A stretch of DNA of 64,000 nt from Phycisphaerales bacterium (GCA_020353195.1 CP070691.1:2579105-2643104); one strand, 5' to 3'; shown: positions 17,672 through 27,947, counted from the stretch's first letter. The notes: a model not told the origin generated them from the sequence alone. A program made the numbers and translations.

Positions 17672-18598
17672 ATGAACGGGCTACGACTGATTGCGGGGAT
17701 TGCCTTGTCGGCGTGCCTGGTGTCGTCAACCGCGGCAGATGGCCCGATGATCCGCTGCCCGGGCAGCGGATGGGCCGATCCTATCTCCAGGCCGTACACG
17801 TATGCGGATGACTTGGGCTCCAGCCGCTACGACGATGTGTTGATGTCGAAAGGATGGCACTTCGTGCGGGAGTCCCTGACGTTCGGTTCCGATCATGCGT
17901 GGCTTTGGAAGGACGCAGGATGGGAGCTGACCACCCCGCAAGAGGGGTCATCTGCGCAGCACGACACGTCTCAGGAGTCTTGGGCGGTGCCGATCGGCGG
18001 AGGATACACGCCGGTGGACGGGCCTCGGGTTTCGACGCAGGTGGGGGATCTCGATCTCGACGGCGATGTGGATCTGGATGATTACGTCGTGTTCGCGGCG
18101 TGCATGGCCGGGCCCGAGGGCGGCTTGATGACGGGCTGCGCGGTGGCGGACCTCGAGAACGACGGTGATGTGGACGTGCGGGACTTCCAGACTCTCCAGG
18201 GCGCCTTCGGCGCCGTGCTGTCGCCGCACGTAGCGACGTATTCCAACAGCGGGTGCCTGCCGGGAACCGACGGCTCCCCCTTGCGTGACTTCTATCCGTG
18301 CCCCGGTGACGATGAGATCGAACTGACCGTGCAGCCCAATACGCTTCACGTTGTCCATCGCAACGCAACGTACAACTGCTGTGCGTCCGACATCGTGATC
18401 TCGCTCTCGGTTCAGGGGAACCTGTTGACGCTGACGGAGGAGGAGATCCTCGTGGTTGGCTGCTTCTGTGTCTGCTGCTACGATGTGGAAGCGACGGTGG
18501 TGAACCTGGCGCCCGGCACGTACACCGTCGAATTCTGCTGGGAAGATTTTCAAACCGGAGGACAGCGCTGCCACGTGCAGGACGTCGTGATTCCTTAG
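17672..18598 (+). CDS. Secreted hypothetical protein with a dockerin/EF-hand-like repeat pair and a Cys-rich C-terminal domain
   Basis: AGGAGG lies 7 nt upstream of the ATG. Signal peptide 'MNGLRLIAGIALSACLVSSTAADG'. Repeats 'DLDLDGDVDLDDYVVF' and 'DLENDGDVDVRDFQTL'. C-terminal 'GCFCVCCYDVE'. Confidence 0.6.
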   Translation: MNGLRLIAGIALSACLVSSTAADGPMIRCPGSGWADPISRPYTYADDLGSSRYDDVLMSKGWHFVRESLTFGSDHAWLWKDAGWELTTPQEGSSAQHDTSQESWAVPIGGGYTPVDGPRVSTQVGDLDLDGDVDLDDYVVFAACMAGPEGGLMTGCAVADLENDGDVDVRDFQTLQGAFGAVLSPHVATYSNSGCLPGTDGSPLRDFYPCPGDDEIELTVQPNTLHVVHRNATYNCCASDIVISLSVQGNLLTLTEEEILVVGCFCVCCYDVEATVVNLAPGTYTVEFCWEDFQTGGQRCHVQDVVIP

Positions 18599-18771
18599 GC
18601 GCGCGGGGTCGCGACGTACGTGCGTGCAGAGCCGCTGGCAGCGATCCATCCTCGGTTTCGACGGTATCGAAGTCTGCCCGTATCGAGTATCATACGACCG
18701 CAGCGGCGCCTCGTGGCTGAGGGGCCAGGCGCGGTCCGTGAAGGCTCACTCATATGCGAAGGAGGAAGGTG

Positions 18772-19506
18772 ATGGAACAGACGCCCTGTACGCAATACGC
18801 AAACCGAATCCGGAGGCTCATCAGCAGAGTCCTGGGCACATGCGGGCTGGGCGGGTGCGGCCTGCTGTTGATGGGTTGTGCGGCGGCGGGGGTGATCGCG
18901 GCCGGAGTGCTCACGGGCATTTTCCTGGGCCGCATTCAGGCATCGCTCGCGGCCACGGCCCATTCGTATGGGTACACGGACACCGGTTCGGCTCTCTGGG
19001 GCGTCGGCGGGTCAGGGAATCCCAACAGCAATGTTGACGTGACGCACTTTGTAGGGCGGCTGCCGGGCTTTCATCTCGTCGTCATCAACATCAACACGGA
19101 CAAGGGAATCACGCGGTCCAACGCGCAGGAGCCGGTGCTCTTCAACACGGACGTGGAAATCGACTTCGAGAGCGTCCCGGCCACCCTTACCGGTACGATT
19201 CGCGAGGTTGACGGAGAGCAGGAGTTCGATCTGTTCGAGCTGTATCCCCAGGTCGGCCCGGTCTCGCTGAACGTGACGAACATCGACGCGAACGGACGCT
19301 TCGACGTATGGGTCACGATCGAAGCGCAGACCGCCGACGGGGATACGCTGGAGTACAGTCTGGTGTGGCACCCCCGGCTTACGACCGGCGGTCTGTCGCT
19401 TGAAGGCGACATCGACATCGAGCGCGTGCTGACGACCTCGCAGGGGGAGGAGTTCAGGAACGAGGGCAGCGGGACGCTGTCAACGACCAAGCAGGCAGCC
19501 GACTAG
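18772..19506 (+). CDS. Hypothetical membrane-anchored protein
   Basis: ATG 18772 has AAGGAGG about 6 nt upstream. TM segment 'GLLLMGCAAAGVIAAGVLTGIFLG'. No recognised family. Confidence 0.5.
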   Translation: MEQTPCTQYANRIRRLISRVLGTCGLGGCGLLLMGCAAAGVIAAGVLTGIFLGRIQASLAATAHSYGYTDTGSALWGVGGSGNPNSNVDVTHFVGRLPGFHLVVININTDKGITRSNAQEPVLFNTDVEIDFESVPATLTGTIREVDGEQEFDLFELYPQVGPVSLNVTNIDANGRFDVWVTIEAQTADGDTLEYSLVWHPRLTTGGLSLEGDIDIERVLTTSQGEEFRNEGSGTLSTTKQAAD

Positions 19507-19576
19507 AGGAACGCTCGCGGGGCGCACCGCGCCGTTCCGGGGCGTCACGGGCAATCAGGCAGGAGGGTCTCCGCCG

Positions 19577-21547
19577 TCACTCAGGCGTCTTCAGCAGCAG
19601 GTAATCCAGGCCGAACATGTAGTTCGACGATTTCTCGTTCTTGCCGACGATCTCGGCCGTGAGGGTATTCTCACCGGCGGTAAGGTCGAACGTGCCGAGG
19701 TCGACGTTGTCGGTCACTTTGATGCCGTCGGTGTACAAGTCGACCGGATCACCCGCGGGTTGGTCGTTGATCGACAGGGCGGCGATGCCGTAGTCGCCGG
19801 CGGTGACGAGCCGGGCGAGCACGCGATAGCGCCCGGGCTCTTCAACCTCAAAGCCCAGCGTCAGGCGATCGCCGGGCTTGTTGTCGGTCCACCACACGTG
19901 CTTCTCGTTGCTGAGTTTTTCGCCCAGGTTTTGCGGGCGGGCATTGCCGGTGACGTCGATCACGCGGAAGTTTTCGCCCTCCAGAGCGCCCTCGACCTTG
20001 GGGATCACGTAGGGCGGGATGAACGGTACGCGGAGGTCGGCGCGGGCCAGCGGCTTGTAGTTGTCCGTCCCGCCGGGGTGGGCGTACCAGTAGCAGATGG
20101 CGCCGACGGTGAGCTTGCAGTCACTCCAGTGCCAGATCTCCATGTCGAACTTGAAGTCGCGGGTGTACGGGATGTTGTCGATCACGTGCCAGCGGTTGAC
20201 GGCGGTGTGGCCGTAGTTGCCCGGACCGTCACAGCGGGGCTGGTTGTGATACGCGTGGTTGAACACGTCGGGCGTGCACCAGGCGTACCCGAAATAATCC
20301 TCGGTTCCGGTACCGAAATGGCTGGGGAATGTCTCGCCGTCGACGTAGATTTTCTCGTCGCCCTCTCCCCACCAGTTCCGCACCGGATTGGCGATGTACA
20401 TCGCGGAGCCGACGAAGACGCCCCTGCCGGTGGTCTCGACGAAGTTCCAGTCGCGCTTGGGCACGGTGGGGATGTCGCGTTCGATCCGCCACTCGGCGTG
20501 GAAGTACATGCTGCGATCGTCCCAGGTGTAGGGTTCGGTTTCGGTCGTGCATTTCAGGGCGATGCGGTTTTCGCCGCGGTTGGTGAGTGTCAGTGCCGCC
20601 TGTTTCCGGAACGGCATGCGCCAGTGGGACCACATCAGTCCCTTGTCAGTGACGCCGAGCGGGATGGACTCATAGGGGCTGAGCCCCGGCGCGGTGCCGA
20701 AGAAGTCACCCAGGGGCGCGCAGACGGTTTCCTTGCCGTCGAAGGCGATGGTCAGCACCGTGCTGCGCAGGGCGGCTTCGACATCGGGTGCTTTGAGGTC
20801 GAAAAACTGGAGGGCGGAGACGGCCATCGGGCCATCGGCGAAGCTGGCCACCGTCCTGGATTCTCCCGGCTCCAGTTCGACTGGGGTGGCCGCTGCGGCG
20901 GGTGAGCCAGCGTCGCCGCGCGGCGAGGCCAACCGGCGGGCGACCGGTTGGATCGGGCTTTCCGGGACCTGGGCCTGCGCGAAGGTCTTGACCTTCGTGC
21001 CGGGCGGATAGGTGCGGTAGTTGACGTGATAGTAGAAGCCGTTCTTGTCGCTGGTGATCTTACAGTGCTTTGCGTAGGGAATGGGGAAGTAGCTGTTCCA
21101 GCCCCTGCTGGCGACGTGTGAGATCGGCTCGGGATTGAAGTCGACCTTTCCGCCGGTCCAGTCGGCCAGCAGCACCTCGATGGCCGGCTCGGGGTTGCCG
21201 TCGAGGTACACGCGGAGTGTGCCGTTCGGGTTGGCGGACCAGATGCGCACGACAGCGCCGGGCCCGTTGGCGTCCATCATGACGTATTCGGTGCGCTTGC
21301 CGTTCGTTTCCTCGCGAAGGAAGTGCCCCGCATCGGCGTTGGCGAACCAGTTCTCCTGCGGTGACTTGGAGGCCCGGTCGTAGCTGGAGAACTGTTTGCA
21401 GGTGTAGGGCGGGTCGGGAAACCGCGTCAGTGCGGTCAGGTCGGTCATCTCGTCGACAAGCGTGTGGAGTGAGACCTCGCGGGCGCATGCACCCACGACC
21501 ACGGCGGACAGCACGCCCGCAACGGCGGCGCACGACGACTTGTTCAT
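19577..21547 (-). CDS. GH172 (DUF2961) glycoside hydrolase with a C-terminal carbohydrate-binding-like domain
   Basis: ATG 21547 gives signal 'MNKSSCAAVAGVLSAVVVGACA'. Hallmark DUF2961 segment 'WWGEGDEKIYVDGETFPSHFGTGTEDYFGYAW'. Confidence 0.75.
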   Translation of the reverse strand: MNKSSCAAVAGVLSAVVVGACAREVSLHTLVDEMTDLTALTRFPDPPYTCKQFSSYDRASKSPQENWFANADAGHFLREETNGKRTEYVMMDANGPGAVVRIWSANPNGTLRVYLDGNPEPAIEVLLADWTGGKVDFNPEPISHVASRGWNSYFPIPYAKHCKITSDKNGFYYHVNYRTYPPGTKVKTFAQAQVPESPIQPVARRLASPRGDAGSPAAAATPVELEPGESRTVASFADGPMAVSALQFFDLKAPDVEAALRSTVLTIAFDGKETVCAPLGDFFGTAPGLSPYESIPLGVTDKGLMWSHWRMPFRKQAALTLTNRGENRIALKCTTETEPYTWDDRSMYFHAEWRIERDIPTVPKRDWNFVETTGRGVFVGSAMYIANPVRNWWGEGDEKIYVDGETFPSHFGTGTEDYFGYAWCTPDVFNHAYHNQPRCDGPGNYGHTAVNRWHVIDNIPYTRDFKFDMEIWHWSDCKLTVGAICYWYAHPGGTDNYKPLARADLRVPFIPPYVIPKVEGALEGENFRVIDVTGNARPQNLGEKLSNEKHVWWTDNKPGDRLTLGFEVEEPGRYRVLARLVTAGDYGIAALSINDQPAGDPVDLYTDGIKVTDNVDLGTFDLTAGENTLTAEIVGKNEKSSNYMFGLDYLLLKTPE

Positions 21548-21798
21548 GATGGCTCCCTTTTCAGTACGGAAAGAACACGAAGCACCGATCACTCGACGCG
21601 GTAATGGTACAGTCCAGGTCGGCGGAAGCCAAACGCCGATGTGGGGGAGATTTTCACACGGCCGCCGTCGGCCGGCGGTTGATTCGGATCGGCCGAGGGG
21701 ATAGGCTGGTCGCGGCGCGGGGACGGGGATCGCAGGCTGTACCGTGCCGCCACCGCCGGTGCGGCGTCCTCTGGCCGCAAGGTCCAAACGCAATTGAC

Positions 21799-23094
21799 AT
21801 GAATCGATCGGTTGTTCAGCTGCTTGTCTTGGTCGGCGTTGTCGCGGGCACGTGGCCGGCGGGCTGCGCGAGGCAGGACGGAGAAGATGCGATCGTGCTG
21901 CGGGTGGCGAACTGGGGCAGCCCGGCCGTCGAGCAGGATTTCATGAAGGTCGAGCGGGAGATCTGGGGGGAGTTCGAGCGGGCGCACCCGGGGGTTACGG
22001 TTCGCGTCGAGCAGATTCCCGGGCTGGGCCAGTATGCTCCCAAGCTGATCATGATGCACGTGTCGGGCAGCGTGCCGGACGTGATTCACCTGGACGCGTC
22101 GTCGGCGGCGGTGTTTATCGACAACGACGTGCTGATGGATCTGACGCCTTTCATCGAGCGGGACCGGAGTTTTGAGCTGGACCGGTACTTCGAGAACGTG
22201 GTGAAGATCGCGCGGCGGGGCGACAAGCTCTATGCGATCCCCCTCGATTTCACCCCGATGGTGATGTACTACAACAAGAAGCTGTTCGACGACGCGGGCG
22301 TGCCGTACCCGCGTGACGGGTGGACGTGGGCCGAGTTCCGGCACGCGGCGGAGAAGCTCACGGTCTTTCCGCAGGGCGCCAGGCACCCCACGCAATACGG
22401 TTTCAATTTCGAGAACCACATGCCGCTCTGGGTGTTGTGGCTGTGGACGAACGGCGGCGACGTGCTCAACCCGGATGGGACGCGGGCCAGCGGTTATCTC
22501 GACGGCCCCGCCTCGATCGAGGCGATGCAGTTCCTGGTCGGGCTGATGCAGCCGGCGAACGGGCAGGCCCAGGTGGCTCCGAGCCTGGCCGAGCGGGCGG
22601 CAGCAGGTGTGGACCTGTTCCTCGATGGCCGGGCGGCGATGGACCTCAAAGGGCACTGGATGATGATCAACTACCGCGCCCGCAACTTCGACGTCGGCGT
22701 GGTCACCCTGCCCACGAACAACATCGAGCCGGTGACGGTGATCTACGAAGCCGGTCTGTCGATCACCAAGCTCGCGCGTCATCCGGAGGTGGCCTGGGAG
22801 TTCATCAAGTACATCACCAGCGCCGAGGTTCAGAAGCGGCGTGTGGCGACGGGACTCGCGATCTCGGCGAACAAGCAGGCGGCCGACCACTTCGCCGGCA
22901 ACCCGGTGGAGGACGCGTTTCTTCGCGCGGTTCGCTACGCCCGCCCGCCGTGGGGTGCCCGAGTCGAGACGTACGAACTCTGCGAAGACCTGGGCCGGGA
23001 GATGATGGAGGACATTCAATACAGCGGCGTGCCGGTGGAAGAGGCGATGCGGCGGAAGGCGAAGCTCATGGATGCGGTGCTGACGGAACATTGA
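21799..23094 (+). CDS. ABC transporter substrate-binding lipoprotein (family 1, CUT1 sugar type)
   Basis: ATG 21799. Lipobox 'VVAGTWPAGC'. 'LYAIPLDFTPMVMYYNKKLFDDAGVPYP' is typical of SBP_bac_1. Confidence 0.8.
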   Translation: MNRSVVQLLVLVGVVAGTWPAGCARQDGEDAIVLRVANWGSPAVEQDFMKVEREIWGEFERAHPGVTVRVEQIPGLGQYAPKLIMMHVSGSVPDVIHLDASSAAVFIDNDVLMDLTPFIERDRSFELDRYFENVVKIARRGDKLYAIPLDFTPMVMYYNKKLFDDAGVPYPRDGWTWAEFRHAAEKLTVFPQGARHPTQYGFNFENHMPLWVLWLWTNGGDVLNPDGTRASGYLDGPASIEAMQFLVGLMQPANGQAQVAPSLAERAAAGVDLFLDGRAAMDLKGHWMMINYRARNFDVGVVTLPTNNIEPVTVIYEAGLSITKLARHPEVAWEFIKYITSAEVQKRRVATGLAISANKQAADHFAGNPVEDAFLRAVRYARPPWGARVETYELCEDLGREMMEDIQYSGVPVEEAMRRKAKLMDAVLTEH

Positions 23095-24020
23095 ACACGC
23101 ACCAACGAACCAACTGGCGCGGGTATGCGTTCATTGCGCCCGCAACGATCTACCTGGTGATATTCTCGCTGCTGCCCATCGTGTTTGCAGGGTACATGAG
23201 CCTGCACCGCTGGCACCTGCTCAAGCCGGACAAGCCGTTCGTCGGTCTGGCCAACTTCCAGACGCTCGCGGCCGACCCGTTCTTTCGCAACGCCGTTTTC
23301 AACTCGTTCGTATACGCGATAGCGAGTGTTCCGCTTGGCGTGGTGACATCGTTGGCCGTGGCGCTGCTGGTCACCCGGCGGCTGCGGGGGGTCGGGGTCT
23401 TCCGTACGCTCTTCTACATTCCGGGGATCTGCTCGCAGGTGGCGATTTCGATGGTGTGGATCTGGATTTTGCTGCCCGAGACCGGGCTGATCAACTACTG
23501 TGTGGGGAAGGTCAACGGGTGGATCGCCGGCGCCGGGCTGGCGGATTCGGGCCTGATCCCCACGACCACGAACTTCCTCCAAGAGCCCGGCTGGGCGATG
23601 GCGGCGCTGGTCGCGATGAGCCTGTGGATCGGGTTGGGTCCGCGGATGATCATCTTCGTGGCCGGTCTGCAGAACATTTCCGAGGAGCTGTATGAGGCGG
23701 CGTCGCTGGACGGGTGCACCGGGGCGAAGAGCTTCTGGCATATCACGCTGCCTCAGTTGGCGCCGACCACGCTGTTCGTGACGGTCACGACGACGATTGC
23801 CGCGTTCCAGCTGTTCACGCCAGTGTACATGATGACCAAGGGCGGTCCCCAGCGGACGACCGATGTCGTGCTGTATCACATCTACAAGGAGGCCTGGCAG
23901 AAGTTCGAGCTGGGGATGGCCAGTGCCCAGTCCTACGTACTGTTCGCCATGATCGTGCTGATCGCGGCGGTTCAGTTGTGGCTCATGCGGGGCGGGCTGG
24001 CTACGGAGGAGGCACGATGA
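23091..24020 (+). CDS. CUT1 sugar ABC transporter permease (MalF/UgpA-like)
   Basis: No in-frame ATG near the N-terminus. An in-frame TTG at 23091 overlaps the SBP stop. 'WRGYAFIAPATIYLVIFSLLPIV' and the EAA loop 'EELYEAASLDGCTGAKSFWHITLP'. Confidence 0.75.
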   Translation: MNTHQRTNWRGYAFIAPATIYLVIFSLLPIVFAGYMSLHRWHLLKPDKPFVGLANFQTLAADPFFRNAVFNSFVYAIASVPLGVVTSLAVALLVTRRLRGVGVFRTLFYIPGICSQVAISMVWIWILLPETGLINYCVGKVNGWIAGAGLADSGLIPTTTNFLQEPGWAMAALVAMSLWIGLGPRMIIFVAGLQNISEELYEAASLDGCTGAKSFWHITLPQLAPTTLFVTVTTTIAAFQLFTPVYMMTKGGPQRTTDVVLYHIYKEAWQKFELGMASAQSYVLFAMIVLIAAVQLWLMRGGLATEEAR

Positions 24021-24880
24021 GCGCGGTCGGGCATCCGGTGCGGCGGTGCGTGGGTCGATCCCTCCTCTACCTCGCGCTCGTCGTGATCACGGTGACGACG
24101 GTTCTGCCGTTCGTGTGGATGTTCTTCACGTCGCTGCACCACAAGGACGCGCAGCTGCCGACGATTGACAACCTGTTTACGCCGGAGGGCGGATACCATT
24201 TCGGCAACTATGAATACGTTCTGACGTTCGGCGAGCTGCCGGTGTGGCGATTCGCGGTGAACAGCTGCGTGGTAACGTGCGGAGTCGTCGTGTTTCAATT
24301 AACGCTGTGTTCGCTGGCGGCGTACGGGTTTGCACGGCTGCGCTTTCGCGGGCGGGACGCGGTGTTCTTCGTGTTTCTGCTGACGATGATGATTCCGGCT
24401 CAGGTGCTGGTGGTGCCGCTGTTCGCCATCGTGCGGAACTTCGGGTGGCTGGACACGTATTGGGGCCTGATCATCCCGTATCCGTATTTGAGCACGGCCT
24501 TCGGCACCTTCTTGTTGCGGCAGTTCTTTCTGACCGTGCCGCGAAGCCTGGACGACGCCGCGCGGCTCGACGGATGCGGGGACTTGCGGATTTTCTGGCA
24601 TGTGATTCTGCCGTCGGCGAAGCCCGCGCTGGCCACGGTTGGCGCGTTCGCGTTCATCTGGACATGGACGGATTTCTATTGGCCGCTGCTGGCGTCGAGC
24701 TCGACGACGATGCGGACACTGGAGGTGGGGCTGTCGGTGTTCAGCGACGCGTACGCCGGAACGATGTGGGCGTTGCAGATGACGGCGGCCACCATCGTGT
24801 TGATTCCGGTACTGATCTTCTTTTTGGGCATGCAGCGTTTCTTCGTGCGTGGGATCGTCCAGAGCGGTATCAAGGGTTGA
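24017..24880 (+). CDS. CUT1 sugar ABC transporter permease (MalG/UgpE-like)
   Basis: ATGA overlap at 24017-24020. EAA loop 'SLDDAARLDGCGDLRIFWHVILP'. Confidence 0.8.
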   Translation: MSAVGHPVRRCVGRSLLYLALVVITVTTVLPFVWMFFTSLHHKDAQLPTIDNLFTPEGGYHFGNYEYVLTFGELPVWRFAVNSCVVTCGVVVFQLTLCSLAAYGFARLRFRGRDAVFFVFLLTMMIPAQVLVVPLFAIVRNFGWLDTYWGLIIPYPYLSTAFGTFLLRQFFLTVPRSLDDAARLDGCGDLRIFWHVILPSAKPALATVGAFAFIWTWTDFYWPLLASSSTTMRTLEVGLSVFSDAYAGTMWALQMTAATIVLIPVLIFFLGMQRFFVRGIVQSGIKG

Positions 24881-24934
24881 TGCGGTCGACTGATCCGGGG
24901 GCAGGCGCGTTTATTGCGATCGGGCGGAGCAGCC

Positions 24935-26695
24935 ATGAACAGGAAACAGCGATTTGTCATCGGCGTGGACGTGGGCACGGGCAGCGTGCGGGCCGGCGTG
25001 TTCGACTTGAAGGGCAAGAGCTACGGAATCGGCGTCAAGCCGATCAAGATGTGGCGGCCGAAGCCCGACTTCGTCGAGCAGTCGTCGGACGACATTTGGC
25101 GGGCGTGCGGTGCGGCCGTTAAGTCGGCGCTGAAGCAGGCCGGCGCGAAACGCGACGACGTGGCAGGGCTTTCCTTCGACGCCACGTGTTCGCTGGTCTG
25201 TCTCGACGCCCGGGACAAACCGCTGACCGTGTCTCCGACGGGAAAGCACGAGCAAAACGTCGTCGTGTGGATGGACCATCGGGCTATTGATCAGGCGGCG
25301 CGCATCAACGCCGCCGGGCACAAGGTATTGCGCTATGTGGGCGGCGGCGTGTCGCCGGAAATGGAACCGCCCAAGCTGCTGTGGCTCAAGGAGAATCTGA
25401 CCAGGACCTGGTCAAAGGCAGCCCGGTATCTGGACCTGGCGGACTTCATGACGTACAGGGCCACCGGGGTCGACGTGCGTTCGCTATGCACGACGGTGTG
25501 CAAGTGGACGTATCAAGGCCATCTCGGGGGCAAGGTCACACGGAAGAAGGTCTCCGGCGGCACGCGGGGCAGGAGCGTCGGACGATGGGAGGACACGTTC
25601 TGGGCGCAGATCGGGCTGGATGATCTCGTGACCGACGGGCATCGCCGCATCGGCGATCGGATTCGTCCGATGGGCGAACCGGTCGGCGAGGGACTGACGC
25701 CGGAGGCGGCCCGCAGTTTGGGACTGGCGGCAAAGACTCCGGTCGGAGTGGGGATCATCGACGCCCACGCGGGCGGGCTGGGGATGATCGGGGCGAAGAT
25801 CGACGGTCAGGCCTTTCGCGTCGACAGCGCTCAGCGGCGAGTGGCTCTGATCGGCGGGACATCGAGTTGTCACATGGCCGTCTCGCCGAAGCCCCAGTTC
25901 ATCCGCGGCGTGTGGGGGCCGTACTACTCGGCCATGGTCCCCGGACTGTGGCTGACCGAGGGCGGGCAGTCCGCCACCGGCGCGCTGGTCGACTATTGCA
26001 TCGAGTCCAGCCGGCATGCGGCCGCGTTGGGCACCCAAGCCCGGCGGTCGGGCAAGACCGTCTACGAGCTTCTCAATGACCGGCTCAAGGCCATGGCGGG
26101 CCCGCGCGGAAAGGTGCGGCCCGCAGCGGAGTCGGCTCGCCTGCGCATGGCGGAGCTGACGTCGCGGTTTCACGTGCTGGGCGACCACCACGGCAACCGT
26201 TCGCCGCGCGCCAACCCGTTGGCACGCGGAATGGTGTCCGGGCTGACGCTGAACGATACCATCGACGCGCTGGCGTTGGAGTACCTGGCGACCCTTCAGG
26301 CCGTCGCCTACGGTACGCGCCACATCATCGAAGCGATGAACGGCAAGGGCTTCGACATCGAGCATGTGCTCGCCTGCGGCGGGGGGACGAAGAACCCGGT
26401 GTTCGTGCAGCAGCACGCCGACGTCACCGGGTGCGAGATTCTGCTGCCCGCCGAGCCGGAGGCGGTGTTGTTGGGAGCCGCGGTGTTGGCGGCGGTGGCG
26501 GCGGGCGCGTACCCCGATTGTATTGCGGCCATGAGCGCGATGAACCGAATCGGGCGCTCGGTCAAGCCGGCCGGCGGCGCCGTCCGCAGCTATCACAACC
26601 GCAAGTTTGAAGTCTACAAACGGATGTATGGTGATCAGCAGCGGTACGACGTGATGATGGCGTGTATCGAGTCGGTGGGTGGTTGTTGCAGGTAG
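24935..26695 (+). CDS. FGGY-family carbohydrate kinase (pentulose / D-ribulokinase-like subgroup)
   Basis: 'FVIGVDVGTGSVRAGVFDLKG' N-terminal phosphate loop. About 590 aa, with 'LACGGGTKNPVFVQQHADVTG' near the C-terminus. Confidence 0.75.
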   Translation: MNRKQRFVIGVDVGTGSVRAGVFDLKGKSYGIGVKPIKMWRPKPDFVEQSSDDIWRACGAAVKSALKQAGAKRDDVAGLSFDATCSLVCLDARDKPLTVSPTGKHEQNVVVWMDHRAIDQAARINAAGHKVLRYVGGGVSPEMEPPKLLWLKENLTRTWSKAARYLDLADFMTYRATGVDVRSLCTTVCKWTYQGHLGGKVTRKKVSGGTRGRSVGRWEDTFWAQIGLDDLVTDGHRRIGDRIRPMGEPVGEGLTPEAARSLGLAAKTPVGVGIIDAHAGGLGMIGAKIDGQAFRVDSAQRRVALIGGTSSCHMAVSPKPQFIRGVWGPYYSAMVPGLWLTEGGQSATGALVDYCIESSRHAAALGTQARRSGKTVYELLNDRLKAMAGPRGKVRPAAESARLRMAELTSRFHVLGDHHGNRSPRANPLARGMVSGLTLNDTIDALALEYLATLQAVAYGTRHIIEAMNGKGFDIEHVLACGGGTKNPVFVQQHADVTGCEILLPAEPEAVLLGAAVLAAVAAGAYPDCIAAMSAMNRIGRSVKPAGGAVRSYHNRKFEVYKRMYGDQQRYDVMMACIESVGGCCR

Positions 26696-26701
26696 TTTTG
26701 G

Positions 26702-26726
26702 CCGCTTCCTTACGGGCGCGGCTCGG
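26702..26726 (+). repeat. Solo copy of the 29-bp repeat unit; overlaps the stop codon of the 26710 SBP gene
   Basis: 'ccgcttccttacgggcgcggctcgg' is identical to the unit of the array at 27837. The flanking 'tagt..tttgg' is also shared with the array's left edge. Confidence 0.85.
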
Positions 26727-27720
26727 TTTTTGGCGGTTCGGAATCTTGGGGTCTGGCGGGGGCGATGGGGTCGCCGCCCTTGTCGACGTTTTCTTTTGTG
26801 AACAGTCGGGAGCCGAGCGTGATCTCCTTGGGGGCCTTTTCACCGTTGAGGATGCGCAGCGCGGTGTCGATGGCCTCGGCTCCGCCGTTGGGATACTCGA
26901 ACGTCGCGTCGAGGATACCCTGCTTTACGTAAGCGACGCCTTCCTGGGGTAACGCGTCGATTCCCACGAACAGGATGTCTTGATTGCGGTTGGCGGCCCG
27001 GGCGGCCAGCCAAGCCCCGTGGGCGCCGGGATCGTTGTGGGCGTAGACCAGATCGATGTCATCGAACCGGGCGAGCGCGGACTCCATCTCCTTGCGGGCG
27101 TTGGGTTCCAGCCACTTCATGTCCGCTTCGAAGATCACGTCGATGTCGCTGCCCTTGATGCCGTCGCGAAAACCCGTATGACGGTCCTGGCCCGGGGTGG
27201 ACGTCATCAGGCCCTTGAGTTCGACGACCTTGCCCTTGCCGTCGAGCGTCTTGACGATCCAGTCGCCGGCGGCCTTGCCGATGGCCTTGTTGTCCGCGCC
27301 GATGAAGCAGGTGTACTTGTCGCCCAGCACTCGCCGGTCGAGCACGATCACCGGGATGCCGGCGTCCATGGCTTTGGCGACCGGCGGGGTCAGCGGGGCA
27401 GCCTCCTTCGGACTGATGATGATCAGGTCGACGCCCGCACTGACGAACTCCTCGACGTGCGCGCGCTGCTTGAGAGTGTCGTTCTGGGCGTCTTTGAAGA
27501 CGACGTTGAGTCGGGGGTGTTCCTCGGCCGCGCTTCGAACGTCAGCGTTCATCTGCACGCGCCACGGCTCGCCGAGGTTACACTGGCTCATGCCGATGGT
27601 GTAGACCCTGCCGGTGGAAGAACTCGCCTTCTCGTCCGCCGCGTGCAGCGTGTGCCCGCCCGGCCACGTCGGCACTGAGCAAAGTAACACCAGACTGACG
27701 ATACGCGGTACGCTTCTCAT
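26710..27720 (-). CDS. Periplasmic sugar-binding protein (PBP1/RbsB-like, CUT2 type)
   Basis: ATG 27720 with GGAGG 8 nt upstream (the track start at 27729 is GTG). 'YTIGMSQCNLGEPWRVQM...VDLIIISP...IPVIVLDRRV'. Confidence 0.8.
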   Translation of the reverse strand: MRSVPRIVSLVLLCSVPTWPGGHTLHAADEKASSSTGRVYTIGMSQCNLGEPWRVQMNADVRSAAEEHPRLNVVFKDAQNDTLKQRAHVEEFVSAGVDLIIISPKEAAPLTPPVAKAMDAGIPVIVLDRRVLGDKYTCFIGADNKAIGKAAGDWIVKTLDGKGKVVELKGLMTSTPGQDRHTGFRDGIKGSDIDVIFEADMKWLEPNARKEMESALARFDDIDLVYAHNDPGAHGAWLAARAANRNQDILFVGIDALPQEGVAYVKQGILDATFEYPNGGAEAIDTALRILNGEKAPKEITLGSRLFTKENVDKGGDPIAPARPQDSEPPKTEPRP

Positions 27721-27836
27721 GGTTGACACCTCCGGTTCTGAGCCGGATTGGCCTGGGCCATCCGGCGGTCGCCGTCAGGATGCTCGGGTCGGGCATCTGG
27801 TGCCGACGGTGTTGTCGGTGCTCTAGTGTTCTTTGG

Positions 27837-27947
27837 CCGCTTCCTTACGGGCGCGGCTCGTGATACCGCTTCCTTGCGGGCGCGGCTCGTGATACCGCTT
27901 CCTTACGGGCGCGGTTCGTGATACCGCTTCCTTGCGGGCGCGGCTCG
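27837..27947 (+). repeat. Tandem array of a 29-bp unit (3 full copies, 1 partial, and a degenerate remnant extending to about 27985), lying between genes of one operon
   Basis: Copies at 27837-27865, 27866-27894, 27895-27923 and 27924-27947. The unit is 'ccgcttcctt[a/g]cgggcgcggctcgtgata', and a/g alternates from copy to copy. The period is not a multiple of 3. Confidence 0.9.

Noticed and set aside
19507-19576. An imperfect inverted repeat (GGAACGCTCGCGG...CCGCGCCGTTCC) between convergent genes as a bidirectional terminator
   Set aside because: The stem has a bulge or mismatch and there is no flanking T/A tract on either strand. The evidence is too weak to call it a feature.
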